Positions 1-14,700 of a stretch of 64,000 bases of DNA are shown here, one piece after another. The position numbers and the translations under genes were made by a program. The stretch is from the NCBI GenBank assembly GCA_030390025.1, contig CM059431.1, forward strand, positions 150,972,001 through 151,036,000, given 5' to 3'. The notes under the pieces are model-generated. The model was not told where the DNA came from, made no database searches, and was given only the letters and a program-made list of their open reading frames with translations. Origin of the DNA: Squalus acanthias. Its lineage: Eukaryota. Every line of letters begins with the position of its first letter. The first letter of the stretch is position 1.

Positions 1-3000
1 CATTTTTGGTGGTGACTCTAGTCTATCATTACTGGTGGTGACGCTACTCCAACATTACTGGCGGTGATTCTACTCTAACATTAATGGTGGTGAATCTACT
101 CTAACATTAATGTTCGTGACTCTACTCTAACATTACTGGTGATGAGTCAACTCGAACAGTACTGGTAGTGACTCTACTCTAACTTTACTGGTGTTGAGTC
201 TACTCTAACATTACCTGTGGTGAAACTACTCTAACATTACTGGGGGTGAGTCTACACTAACATTACTGGTGGTGAGTCTACTATAATATTACTGGTGGTG
301 CGTCTACTCCAACATTGCTGTTGGTGACACTACTCTAACATTACCAGTGGTGACCCTGCTCTATCATTACTGGTGGTGAACCTACTCGAACATTACTGAC
401 GGTCACTCTACTCTAACATTACTGGTTTTGAGTCGACTCTAACATTACTGGTGGTGTGTCTACTCTGACATTACTGCTGCTGACCCTACTCTAACATTAC
501 TGGTGGTGACTCTAATCTAACATTACTGGTGGTGAGTCTACACTGACATTACTGCTGCTGAACCTACTCTAACATTACTGGTTGTGAGTCGACTCTAACA
601 TTACTGGTGGCGAGTCTACTCTAACATTACTGGTGGTGACTCTAATCTAACATTACTGGTGGTGAGTCTACACTGACATTACTGCTGCTGAACCTACTCT
701 AACATTACTGGTTGTGAGTCGACTCTAACATTACTGGTGGTGACTCCACTCTAACATTACTGGTGATGAGTTTACACTAACATTACTGCTGGTGAGTCTA
801 CACTAACATTACTTGTGGTGAGTCCACTCTAACATTACTGGTGATGAGTCTACTCTAACAGTACTGGTGGTGACTCTACTCTAACATTACTAGTGATGAG
901 TCCACTCTCACATTACTGGTAGTGAGTCTACTCTATCGTTACTGGTGGTCAGTCTATTCTATCATTACTGGTGGTGACCCTACTCTAACATTACTGATGG
1001 TGACCCTGCTCTAACATTACTGGTGATGAGTCTACTCTAACATTACTGGTGGTGACCCTACTCTAACCTTACTGAGGATGAGTCTAATATAACATTACTG
1101 TTGGTGAGTCTACTCTAACATTAATGTTGGTGAGTCTACTCTAACATTACTGCTGCTGAACCTACTCTAACATTACTGGTGATGACCCTACTCTAACATT
1201 ACTGGTGGTGACTCTACGCTAACAATACTGGGGGTGAGTCTACTCTAACATTACTGGTGGGGAGTCTACTCTAACATTACTGGTGTTGTCCACTCTAACA
1301 TTACTGGTGGTGAGTCTAATCTATCATTACTGGTGTTTTGTCCACTCTAAGTTACTGGAGGTGAGTCTACTCTAACATTACTGGTTGTGACACGACTCGA
1401 ACATTGCTGGTGGTGAGTCTACTCTAACATTACTGGTGGTGACGCTACTCCAACATTACTGGTGGTGAATCTAATCTAACATTAATTGTCGTGACTCTAC
1501 TCTATCATTACTGGTGTTGACTTTACTCTAACATTACTGGTGGTGAGATTACTCTAACATTACTGGTGGTGACTCTATTCTCACATTAATGGGGGTGAGT
1601 CTACTCTAACATTACTGATGGTGAGTCTACTCTAACATTACTTGTGGGTGACACTACTCTAACAATAATGGTGGTGACTCTACTCCAACATTACTGGTGG
1701 TGAGTCTACTCCAACATTACTGGTGGTGACTCTACTCTAACATTACTGGTGGTGACTCGACTCTAACATTACTGGTGGTGACTCAACTCTAACATTACTG
1801 GTGATGTGTCTAATCGAACATTACTGGTGGTGACCCTGCTCTACCATTACTGGTGGTTATTCTACCCTAACATTACTGGTGGTGACACTACTATAACATT
1901 ACTGGTGGTGAGTCTACTCTAACATTACTGGTGGTGAGTCTACACTAACATTACTTGTGGTGAGTCTACTCTAACATTACTGGTGGCGAGTCTACACTAA
2001 CATTACATGTGGTGAATCTACTTTAACATTACTTGTGTTGAGTTTACTCTAACAGTATTGTTGGTCACTCTCCTCTATCATTACTGGTGGTGAGTCTACT
2101 CTGATATTACTGCTGCTGACCCTACTCTAACATTGCTGATGGTGACACTACTCTGACATTACTGTTAGTGAGTCTACTCTAACATTACTGGTGATGACTT
2201 TACTCTAACATTACTGGTGGTGAGTTTACACTAACATTACTGTTGTTGACTCGACCTCACATTACTGGTGGTAAGTCTACTTTAACATTACTGATGGTGT
2301 CTACTCTAACATTACTGGTGTTGACTCTACTCTAACATTAATGGTGTTGAGTCTACTCTAACATTACTGGTGGTGACTCTACTCTAACATTAATGGTGTT
2401 GAGTCTACTCTAACATTACTGGTGGTGACTCTACTCTAACATTAATGGGGTTGAGTCTACTCTAACATTACTGGTGGTGACTCTACTATAACATTACTGG
2501 TGGTGATTCTACACTAACATTACTGGTGGTGATTCTACACTAACATTACTGGTGGTGACACTACTATAACATTACTGGTGGTGAGTCTACTCTAACATTA
2601 CTGGTGGTGATTCTACACTAACATTACTTGTGGTGACTATAATTGAACATTACTGGTGGCAAGTCTACACTAACATTACATGTGGTGAGTCTACTTTAAC
2701 ATTACTTGTGTTGAGTTTACTCTAACAGTATTGGTGGTGACTCTACTCTAACATTACTGGTGGTAACATCACTCTAACATTACTGGGGGTGAGTCTACTT
2801 TAACATTACTTGTGTTGAGTTTACTCTAACAGTATTGATGGTGCATCTACTCTAACATTACTGTTGGTAACTCTGCTGTAACATTACTGGTCGTGTGTCT
2901 CTTCTATCATTACTGGTGGTGAGTCTACTCTAACATTATTGGTGGTGTCTACTGTAACATTACTGGTGGTGAGTCTAATCTATCATTACTGCTGGTGAGT

Positions 3001-3349
3001 CTACTCTAAGTTACTGGAGGTGAGTCTACACTATCATTACTGATGGTGACCCTACTCGTACATTACTGATGGTCACTCTACTCTAACATTACTGGTGGTG
3101 ACGCTAATCCAGCATTACTGGTGGTGAGTGTACGCTAACATTAATTGTGGTGAATCTACTCTAACATTAATGGTCGTGACTCTACTCTAACATTACTGGT
3201 GATGAGTCTACTCTAACAGTGCCTGTGGTGACCCTACTCTAACATTACTGGTGGTGAGTCTACTCTAACATTACTGGTGGTGAGTCTACTCTAACATTAC
3301 TGCATCTGACCCTACTCTAACCTTACTGATGGTGACAATACTCTGACAC

Positions 3350-4930
3350 TTAGAGTAGGGTCACCACCAGTAATGTTAGAGTAGACTCAACACCAGTAAT
3401 GTTAGAGTCGATTCACCACCAGTATTGTTAGAGTGGTGTCGCCACCAGTAATGTTAGCGTAGACTCCCCCACAGTAATGTTAGAGTAGGGTCACCACCAG
3501 TAATGTTAGAGTAGACTCATCACCAGTAATGTTAGAGTAGGGTCACCATCAGTAATGTTATAGTAGATTCACCACCAGTAGTGTTAGTTTAGTCTCACCA
3601 CCAGTAATGTTAGAGTAGACACCACCAGTAATGTTAGAGTAGACTCACCACCAGTAATGTTAGAAGAGACTCACGACCAGTAATGTTACAGCAGAGTTAC
3701 CAACAGTAATGTTAGAGTAGATGCACCATCAATACTGTTAGAGTAAACTCAACACCAGTAATGTTAAAGTAGACTCACCAGATGTAATGTTAGTGTGGAC
3801 TCACCAACAGTAATGTTGGAGTAGACTCACCACAAGTAATGTTAGTGTAGACTCACCACCAGTAATATTATAGTCGTGTCACCTCCAGTAATGTATGGGT
3901 AGACTAACCACCAGTAATGTTGGAGCAGGGTCACCACCAGTAATGTTAGAGTAGACTCACCATCAGTAATGTTAGAGTAGATCCACCCCCATTAATGTGA
4001 GAGTAGAGTCACCACCAGCAATGTTAGAGTAATCTCACCAACAGTAATGTTAGAATAAAGTCACCACCAGTAATGTTAGAGCAGATTCAACACCAGTAAT
4101 GTAAGAGTAGTGTCACAACCAGATATGTTAGAGTAGGGTCAGCAGCAGTAATGTCAGAGTAGACTCACCACCAGTACTGTTGGAGGAGACTCATCACCAG
4201 TAATGTTAGAGTAGAGTCACCACCAGTAATGTTAGAGTAGATTCACCACCTGTAATGTTAGAGTAGAGTCACCAACTGTAATGTTAGAGTAGAGTCACCA
4301 CCAGTAATGTTAGAGTGGAGTCACCACCAGTAATGTTAGAGTAGAATCACCCTCAGTAATGTTAGAGTAGGGTCACCACCAGTAATGTTAGAGTAGACAC
4401 AACACCAGTAATGTTAGAGTAGGGTCACCATCAGTAATGTTAGAGTAGAGTCACCACCAGTAATGATAGAGTAGACTCACCACCAGTAATGTTACAGTAG
4501 ACACACCACAAGTAATGTTAGTGTAGACTCACCACCAGTAATGTTAGAGTAGACACACCACCAGTAATGTTATAGTAGGGTCACCACCAGTAATGATAGA
4601 GTAGACTCACCACAAGTAATGTTAGAGTCGACAGACCAACAGTAATTTTAGAGTAGGGTCACCACCCGTAATGATAGAGTAGACTCACCACAAGTAATGA
4701 AATAGAGCAGAATCAACACCAGTAATGTTAGAGTACACTCGCCCACAGTAATGTTAGAGTAGACTCACCACCAGTAATGTGAGTTCGAGTCACCAGCAGT
4801 AATGTTAGTTTAAACTCACCACCAGTATTATTAGAGTAAAGACACCACCAGTAATGTTAGAGTAGGCTCACGACCAGTAATGTGAGTTCGAGTCACCAGC
4901 AGTAATGTTAGAGTAGAGTCACCACCAGTA
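3350..4930 (-). repeat. Inverted block of the 26-bp satellite
   Basis: Units read as the reverse complement (CACCACCAGTAATGTTAGAGTAGACT) between the junctions CTCTGACAC|TTAGAGTAGGG and ACCACCAGTA|CATTAAATTG. Confidence 0.95.
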
Positions 4931-7900
4931 CATTAAATTGTGGTGAGTCTACTCTATCATTACTGGTGGTGACCCTACTATAACATTACTGGTGGTGTGT
5001 CTACTCTAACATTACTGGTGGTGACTCTACTCTAACATTACTGGTGGTGAGTCTACGCTAACATTACTGGTGGCGACACCACTCTAACAATACTGGTGGT
5101 GAATCGACTCTAACATTACTGGTGGTGAGTCTACTCCAACATTACTGGTGTTGACTCTACTCTAACATTGCTGATGGTGACCCTATTATTACATTACTGG
5201 TGATGAGTTACTCTAACATTACTGGTGGTGACCCTACTCTATCATTACTGGGGGTGAGTCTACTCTAACATTACTGGTGGTGAGACTACTCTAACATTAC
5301 TGGTGGTGAGTCTACTCTGACATTACTGGTGGTGAGTCTACTCTAACATTACTGGTGGTGAGTCTACACTGACATTACTGGTGCTGACCCTACTCTATCA
5401 TTACTGGAGGTGAGTCTACTCTAACATTACTGGTGATGAGTCTACTCTAACATTACTGGTGTTGAACCTACTCTAACATTTCTGGTGGTGTGTCCACTCT
5501 AACATTACTGGTTGTGAGTCTACAATAACATTACTTGTGGTGAGTCAACTCTAACATTACTGTTGGTGACTCCACTATATCACTACTGGTGGCGAGTCTA
5601 CTCTACCATTACTGGTGGTGTGTCTACTCTGACATTACTGCTGCTGACCCTACTCTAACATTACTGGTGGTGACTCTACTCTAACATTACTGGTGGTGAG
5701 TCTCCTCTGACATTACTGCTGCTGACCCGACTCTAACATTACTGATGGTGACACTACTCTGACATTACTGTTAGTGAGTCTACTCTAACATTACTGGTGA
5801 TGACTTTACTGTAACATTACTGGTGGTGAGTTTACACTAACATTACTGTTGTTGACTCGAACTCACATTACTGGTCGTGAGTCTAATCTAACATTACTGG
5901 TTGTGACTCTACACTAACATTACTTGGGGCGAGTGTACTATAACATTACTGGTGGTGTGTCTACTCTAACATTACTGGTGGTGAATCTACACTAACATTA
6001 CTTGTGGTGAGTCTACTCTATCATTCATGGTGGTGACCCTACTATAACATTACTGGTGATGTGTCTACTCTAACATTAATTGTGGTGAGTCTACACTAAC
6101 ATTAATTGTGGTGAGACTACTCTAACATTACTGGTGGTGACTCTACTCTAACATTACTGGTGATGAGCACACTCTAACAGTACTTGTGATGACTCTAATC
6201 TAAATTTACTGATGGTGACCCTGCTCTAACATTACTGGTGGTGAGACTTCTCTAACATTACTGGTGGTGTGTCTACTCTAACATTACTGGTGGTGAGTCC
6301 ACTCTACCATTACTGGTGTTGCCTCTACTCTAACATTACTGGTGGTGTCAACTCTAACAGTACTGGTGGTGACTCTACCCTAACATTACTGGTGATGAGT
6401 CTACTCTAACATTACTGGTGGTGACCCTACTCTAACATCACTGGTGATGAGTCTACTCTGACATTAGTGGTGGTGAAAATATTCTAACATTACTGGTGAT
6501 GAGTCTACTCTAACATTACTGGTGGTGACCCTACTATAACATTACTGGTGGTGTGTCTACTCTAACATTACTGGTGGTGACTCTACTCTAACATTACTGG
6601 TGGTGAGTCTACGCTAACATTACTGGTGGCGACACCACTCTAACAATACTGGTGGTGAATCGACTCTAACATTACTGGTGGTGAGTCTACTCCAACATTA
6701 CTGGTGTTGACTCTACTCTAACATTGCTGATGGTGACCCTATTATTACATTACTGGTGATGAGTTACTCTAACATTACTGGTGGTGACCCTACTCTATCA
6801 TTACTGGGGGTGAGTCTACTCTAACATTACTGGTGGTGAGACTACTCTAACATTACTGGTGGTGAGTCTACTCTGACATTACTGCTGGTGAGTCTACTCT
6901 AACATTACTGGTGGTGAGTCTACACTGACATTACTGGTGCTGACCCTACTCTATCATTACTGGAGGTGAGTCTACTCTAACATTACTGGTGATGAGTCTA
7001 CTCTAACATTACTGGTGTTGAACCTACTCTAACATTTCTGGTGGTGTGTCCACTCTAACATTACTGGTTGTGAGTCTACAATAACATTACTTGTGGTGAG
7101 TCAACTCTAACATTACTGTTGGTGACTCCACTATATCACTACTGGTGGCGAGTCTACTCTACCATTACTGGTGGTGTGTCTACTCTGACATTACTGCTGC
7201 TGACCCTACTCTAACATTACTGGTGGTGACTCTACTCTAACATTACTGGTGGTGAGTCTCCTCTGACATTACTGCTGCTGACCCGACTCTAACATTACTG
7301 ATGGTGACACTACTCTGACATTACTGTTAGTGAGTCTACTCTAACATTACTGGTGATGACTTTACTGTAACATTACTGGTGGTGAGTTTACACTAACATT
7401 ACTGTTGTTGACTCGAACTCACATTACTGGTCGTGAGTCTAATCTAACATTACTGGTGGTGACTCTACACTAACATTACTGGGGGCCAGTGTACTATAAC
7501 ATTACTGGTGGTGTGTCTACTCTAACATTACTGGTGGTGAATCTACACTAACATTACTTGTGGTGAGTCTACTCTATCATTACTGGTGGTGACCCTACTA
7601 TAACATTACTGGTGATGTGTCTACTCTAACATTAATTGTGGTGAGTCTACACTAACATTAATTGTGGTGAGACTACTCTAACATTACTGGTGGTGACACT
7701 ACTCTAACATTACTGGTTTTGAGTACACTGTAACAGTACTTGTGATGACTCTAATCTAAATTTACTGATGGTGACCCTGCTCTAACATTACTGGTGGTGA
7801 GACTTCTCTAACATTACTGGTGGTGTGTCTACTCTAACATTACTGGTGGTGAGTCCACTCTACCATTACTGGTGTTGCCTCTACTCTAACATTACTGGTG

Positions 7901-8959
7901 GTGTCAACTCTAACAGTACTGGTGGTGACTCTACTCTAACAGTACTGGTGATGATTCTACTCTAACATTACTGGTGGTGACCCTACTCTAACATCACTGG
8001 TGATGAGTCTACTCTGACATTAGTGGTGGTGAAAATATTCTAACATTACTGGTGATGAGTCTACTCTAACATTACTGTTGGTGACCCTACTCTAACATTA
8101 CTGTTGGTGACCCTACTCTATCATTACTGGTGGTGCCCCTACACTAACATTACTGGTGATGAGTCTACCCATACATTGCTGGTGGTGAGTCCTCTCTACC
8201 ATTACTGGTGGTGAGTCTACTCTAACATTACTGGTGGTGTGTCTACTCTGACATTAATGCTGCTGACCCTACACTAACATTACTGGTGTTGACTCTACTC
8301 TAACATTACTGGTGGTGAATCTACTCTAACATTACTGTTGGTGAGTCTACTCTGACATTACTGGTGATGAGTCTCATCTACCATTACTGGTGGTCACTCT
8401 ACTCTAACATTACTGGTGATGAGCCTAATCTAACAGTACTGGTGATGACTCTACTCTAACATTACTGTGGGTGAGTCTACTCTAACATTACTGGTGGTGA
8501 GTCTACTCTAACATTACTGGTGGTGAGTCTACTCTGATATTACTGCTGCTGACCCTACTCTGACATTACTGCTGCTGACCCTACTCTAACATTACTGATG
8601 GTGACACTACTCTGACATTACTGGTCGTGAGTCTACTCTAACATTACTGGTGATGACTTTACTCTAACATTACTGGTGGTGAGTTTACACTAACATTACT
8701 GCTGGTGACTCGAACTCACATTACTGGTCGTGAGTCTACTCTAACATTACTGGTGGTGAGTCTACTCTATCATTACTGGCGGTGACTCTACTCTAACATT
8801 AATCGTGCTGACTCTACTGTAACATTACTGGTGGTGACTCTACTCTAACATTACTAGTGATGAGTCTACTCTATATCATTACGGCTGGTGACCCTACTCT
8901 AAAATTACTGTTGGTCTGTCGACTCTACCATTACTTGTGGTGAGTCTACTCTATCATTA

Positions 8960-9318
8960 GAGGTTTATAAGATGATGAGGGGGATAGATAGAGTGGATGT
9001 TCAGAGACTATTTCCTCGGGTAGAGGCAGCTGTTACAAGGGGGCATAGCTATAAGGTGCATGGGGGAAGATATAGAAGGGATGTCCGAGGTAGATTCTTT
9101 ACTCAGAGAGTGGTTGGGGTGTGGAATGGACTGCCTGCTGTGATAGTGGAGTCGGACACTTTAGGAACTTTCAAGCGGTTATTGATAAGCACATGGAGCA
9201 CACCAGAGTGACAGGGAGTGTGATAGCTTGATCTTGGTCTCGGACATTGCTCGGCACAACATCGAGGGCCTAAGGGCCTGTACTGTGCTGTACTGTTCTA
9301 TGTTCTATGTTCTATGTT
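8960..9318 (+). mobile_element. 5'-truncated CR1-clade LINE, 3' end only
   Basis: Encodes the CR1 ORF2 C-terminal motif TRGHSYK...RGRFFTQRVVGVWNGLP, followed by a 3' UTR and a (TGTTCTA)n tail. Candidate ATTA duplication at 8956-8959 and 9319-9322. Confidence 0.92.
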
Positions 9319-10719
9319 ATTACTGGTGGTGACCCTACTATAACATTACTGGTGATGAGTCTTCTCTGACATTACTGGTGGTGAGTCTACTCTAACATTA
9401 CTTGTGGTGAGTCTACTCTAACATTACTGGTGGTGAGTCTAATCTACCAATACTGGTGGCCACTCTACTCTAACATTACTGGTGATGAGCCTAATCTAAC
9501 ATTACTAGTGATGAGTCTACTCTAACATTACTGGTGGTCAGTCTACTCTATCATTACTGGTGGTGACCCTACTCTAAAATTACTGATGGTGACCCTGCTC
9601 TAACATTACTGGTGATGAGTCTACTCCAACATTACTGAGGGTGAGTCTACACTAACATTACTTGTGGTGAGTCTACACTAACATTACTGTTGGTGACTCT
9701 ACTCTAACATTACTGGGGGTGAGTCTACTCTAACATTACTGTTGTTGACCCTACTCAACATTAATGGTAGTGAGTCTACTCTATCATTACTGGTGATGAC
9801 CCTACACTAACATTACTGGTGATGAGTCTACTCTAACATTACTGTTGGTGCCCCTACTCTAACATTACTGAGCATGAGTCTACTCTAACTTACTGGTGGT
9901 GAGTCACCTCTAACATTACTGGTGGTGACTCTAACCTGACATTAATGCTGCTGACCCTACTGTATCATTACTGTTGATGAGACTACTCTATCTTTACTGG
10001 TGGTGAGACTACTCTAACATTACTGGTGGTGACTCTACTCTAACATTAATGGTGGTGACTCTACTCTAACATTACTGTGGGTGAGTCTACTCTAACATTA
10101 CTGGTGGTGAGTCTGCTCTATATCATTACTGGTGGTGAGTCTACTCTAACATTACAGTTGGTGTGTCTACTCTTACATTACATGTGGTGACTCTACTCTA
10201 ACATTACTGGTGGTAACTCTGCTCTAACATTACTGGTGGTGAGTCTACTCTAACATTACTGGTGGTGAGTCTACTCTAACATTATTGGTGGTGACTCTAC
10301 TCTAACATTACTGGTGGTAACTCTGCTCTAACATTACTGGTGGTGAGTCTACTCTAACATTACTGGTGGTGAGTCTACTCTAACATAACTGGTGGTGAGT
10401 CTACTCTAAAATAACTGGTGGTGCGTCTACTCCAACATTACTGGAACTGACCCTGCTCTAACATTACTGGTGTTGACTTTACTTGAACATTACTGTTCGT
10501 GACTATACCCTAATATTACTGGTGGTGCATCTGCTCCAACATTACTGGTGGTGACTATACTCTATCATTACTGGTGGTGACTATACTCTATCATTACTGG
10601 TGTTGACTATACTCTACCATTACTGGTGGTGCCCTTGCTCTAACGTTACTGGTCGTGACACTACTATAACCGTATTGGTGGTGACTATATTCTAACATTA
10701 CTGGACATGATATTGGAGT

Positions 10720-11785
10720 GGTGTCCTCACCTTTCACCCCACCAGCCTCCACATTCAACGGATCATCCTCCGCCATTTCCGCCAACTCCTGCGTGATCCC
10801 ACCACCAAACGGATCTTCCCCTCACCTCCCCTTTCAGCATTCAGTAGGGACCACTCCCTCCGCGACACCCTAGTCCACTCCTGTATCATCTCCATCACCC
10901 CTTCCCATTCGCCCGGCACCTTCCCGTGCAAGCGGAGGAGATGCAGCACATGCCCTTATACATCCCCCCTTCCCACTGTCCAGGGCCCCAAACACCCCTT
11001 CCAGGTGAAAGAGCGATTTACTTGTACTTCTTGCAATTTAGTATACTGTATTCGCTGTTCACGATGTGGCCTCCTGTACATTGGGGAGACCAAACTCAGA
11101 TTGGGTGACCGCTTTGCAGAAGACCTCCGTTCAGTCCGTAAGGGGACACTGAACTTAAGGTTGCCAGTCACTTTAATTCAACTCTTCACTCACAGTCAGA
11201 CCTCACCGTCCTCGGCCTCTTGCATTGTTCCACGGAAGTTCAGCGTAAGCTCGATAAACAGCACCTCATCTTTCGATTAGGCACTCTACAGCCCTCTGGA
11301 CTCAACATTCAGTTCAACAGTTTCAGATCATAACCTCGGTCCCTATCACATATATATATATTTATCCACACTTTTTGTTTGGCACTTTTTTTCTTCCCTC
11401 CCACATGGCAGCTGTCCTTCATTCTGCTGCGTAATTCACACTTCATCTAGAGCTATCCTTTGTTCCTTAACCTGTCCCATTACCACCTCCTCTTGCCTTG
11501 AATATCTCTTAATGTCTCTCAATATCTCTTAATCTCTCCTGCTTTCTATCCGATCACTGACCTTCCCTTTTGTTCTTTCATCCCCTCCACCATTTCCCAG
11601 CCCCTGAAACTGCCTTAAAATCTATTCCATTTCCTGCTTTTTTCCAGTTCTGACAAAGGTCATCGACCTGAAACGTGAACATTGTTTCTCTCACCACGGA
11701 TGCAGCCTGGCCTGCTGAGTTTTTCCAGCGTTTTATGTTGTTCTTTCGGATTTCCAGCATCCGCAGTATTTTGCTGTTGTATTAG
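10720..11785 (+). mobile_element. Penelope-like element, partial upstream unit (GIY-YIG endonuclease and 3' region), degenerate
   Basis: Encodes NLVYCIRCSRCGLLYIGETKLRLGDRFAE (GIY-YIG type). Homologous by eye to 13950-14945. Frameshifted. Confidence 0.85.
11646..11680 (+). ncRNA. Degenerate minimal hammerhead-ribozyme motif of the Penelope element
   Basis: CTGACAA-AGGTC(ATC)GACCT-GAAAC: a CUGANGA-like box with one mismatch, a 5-bp stem II and a GAAA box. Minimal hammerheads are known in Penelope-like elements. Confidence 0.55.
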
Positions 11786-14700
11786 TGTTTGGTTCACTGC
11801 CACCTCTCTTCTAGGAATGCCCACCTTGAAGAAATTCTGCTCATCTCTTCGACGTATTTCCGTTTGTCTCTTCAACCTTGTTCATCTTCATTGATTTCAG
11901 TTTCCCTTCTCGTGTTTGATCAGGTATCTGCCAAGACTCGGTTTCACAGCCACATCTCTTTCCTCAGCAACTGTCTCCGGTTCCGACTTCTTCCACGTGG
12001 ATTTCAACTAAACTTCCACACTTCTTGTTTCGGATCCATCCAGGATTACAAATATCTCCAAGATATTCATCGTTCCTCGAACTACTGCTATCACTGCATC
12101 TTTTGATCCACGCTCAACGTCATATGGCGCCACATGAACACTCTCGACCTCTCTCTTCAGCAGCACCGACGCACTCTATCTCAAAGCTGTCCGGGTCCAC
12201 AGTTTAATTTCATCCTTCGATTCATCCGACTCTTCAACAAAAAACTTTTTTTCTTCCTTTCTCACGTCAAGGATCGCAAGCTTCATCAACTCTTGAACAC
12301 CAGCGCCCCTCCAGAAGCTTCTTTCCTTCACTTTCCTCTGACCCCCCTTCTCCCATTCTCACCCCTGCCGCGTTTTCACTATCCCTTCTGACCTTTCCCT
12401 TTCTTACCCCGAACGATCAGTCCTCAGCAAAGTCCTGAGCGTCATTGCCTTACGCCCCCGCCTCAATGAATTTCTCGCTCGGCACGATGCTGAGCTCTTT
12501 TTCCGCCGCCTTCACCTCGGTGCCCACTTCTTTGGCCAGGATTCTTCCCCCCGCACAGCTGACCCTTTCTCCCGCTTTCAGAATTCTCGTTCTACCTGGA
12601 CCCCTCCCTCTGGCCTGTTTCCTCTCTAGATCATTTAATTGCAAACTGCCGCCGTGACATCAGCCGTCTCCATTTCTCTGCTCCCCTCAGTCACTCCAAC
12701 CTACCTCCCTCTGAACTTGCAGCACTCTATTCTCTCAGACCCAAACCCGACATTGTCATTGAACCTGCGGCCAAGTGTGGTGCTCTTGTTATTTGGCGAA
12801 CCGACCTCTACCTGGCGGAAACTGAACGCCAACTCTCCAACACCTCCTCCTAACTCCACGTTGATCATGATCCCACTACCGAACATCAAGCCACCGTTTC
12901 CAAGACTGTCACTGACGTCATCTCCTCTGGAGATCTTCCCATCGCGGCCGCCAACCTCATAGTTACCCAACCACGCACAGCATGCTTCTACCTCCTTCCC
13001 AAGATCCATAAACAGGACTGCCCTGGTAGACCCATCGTTTCAACCTGTTATTGCCCCACAGAACTTATCTCTTCCAATCTCGACTCTATTTTTTCTCCCC
13101 TTGTCCATTCTCTTCCTACCTACATCCGCGACTCTTCCGAAACCCTCCGCCACTTTAACAGTTTCCAGTTTCCCGGCCCCAACCGACTCCTTTTCACTAT
13201 GGATAGCCAATCCCTCTACACCTCCATGCCCACCAGGATGGCCTGAGGGCGCTCCGGTTCTTCCTTGAACAGAGGCCCAACCAGTCCCCATCCACCACCA
13301 CCCTTCTCTGCTTGGCTGAACTTGTTCTCAGATTGAACAACTTCTCCTTTGACTCCACTCCTTTCTTCCAAATTAAAGGTGTTGCTCTGGGTACCCGCAT
13401 GGGTCCTAGCTATGCCTGCCATTTTGTGGAATATGTAGAACACTCTTTGATCCAGTCCTACTCGGGTCCCCTCCCTTACCTCTTTTTCCAGTGCATTGAT
13501 GAATGTATCGGTGCCGTCTCCTGCTCTCACCCTGAACTCGAAAATTTCATTAACTTTGCTTCCAATTTCCGCCCTTCCCTTACCTTCACATGATGCATCT
13601 CCGACTATTCCCGTCCCTTCCTTGACTTCTCCGTCTCCATCTCCGGTGATAGGTTATTGACAAACCTTCACTACAAGCCCACTGACTCCCACAGCTATCT
13701 CGACTACACTTCCTCCCACCCCGCCTCCTGTAAGGTCTCTATTCCATTCTCCCAGTTTCTCCGTCTCTGCTGCATCTGCTCTGATGATGCCACCTTCCAT
13801 ACCAGTGCTTCCAAAAAGTCTTCCTTTTTCCTCAAGCGAGTATTCCCCTCTATGGTGGTTGACACGGCCCTCGACCGTGTCCATTCTATCGACTGCACTT
13901 TTGCACTCACCCCGGCCCCTCCCTCCCGGAACCACGATAGAGATCTCCTTGTCCTCACCTTTCACCCCACCAGCCTCCACATTCCAAGGATCATCCTCCA
14001 CCATTTCCACCACCTCCGGTGTGATCCCACCACAAAATGCATCTTCCCATCACCTCCCTTTTCAGCATTCCGCAGGGACCGCTCCCTCCGCGACACCCTA
14101 GTCCACTCCTCTACCACCCCGAGCACCCCTTCCCCCTTCGCCCGGCACCTTTCCGTACACGCGCAGGAGATGCACATGCCCTTATACCTCCCCTCTTCCC
14201 ACTGTCGAGGGCCCCAAACACCCCTTCCAGGTGAAACAGCGATTTACTTGTACTTCCTGCAATTTAGTATACTGTATTCGCTGCTCACGATGTGGTCTCC
14301 TCTACATTGGGGAGACCAAATGCAGATTGGGTGACCACTTTGCGGAACACATCCGTTCAGTCCGTAAGGGGGACCCCGAGCTCCCGGTGGCCTGTCACTT
14401 TAATTCACTGCTTCACTCCCACTCTGACCTCACCGTCCTCGGCCTATTACACTGTTCCACGGAAGCGCAGTGTAAGCTCGAGGAACAGCACCCCATCTTT
14501 CGTTTAGGCACGCTACAGCCCTCTGGACTCAACATCGAGTTCAACAATTTTAGATCTTAACCTTAGCCCCATCACATTTATATTTTATTTTCACATCAAA
14601 ACTTTTATTTGACACCCCCCCCCCCCCACCCCCTTTCTTTTCCCTCCTAGAAGCTGGCAGCTGTCCTTCATTCTGCCAGTGGATTTCACACATATTTCAG

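Larger units (their letters stand above)
1..10712 (+). repeat. 26-bp tandem satellite, consensus TACTCTAACATTACTGGTGGTGAGTC
   Basis: AACATTACTG recurs at 26-bp spacing (e.g. 3241 and 3267), with hundreds of diverged units. Interrupted by an inverted block and a CR1 fragment. Confidence 0.97.

Noticed and set aside
1..10712. CRISPR-like regular repeat
   Set aside because: Head-to-tail 26-bp units with no unique spacers, no cas genes and a eukaryotic context.
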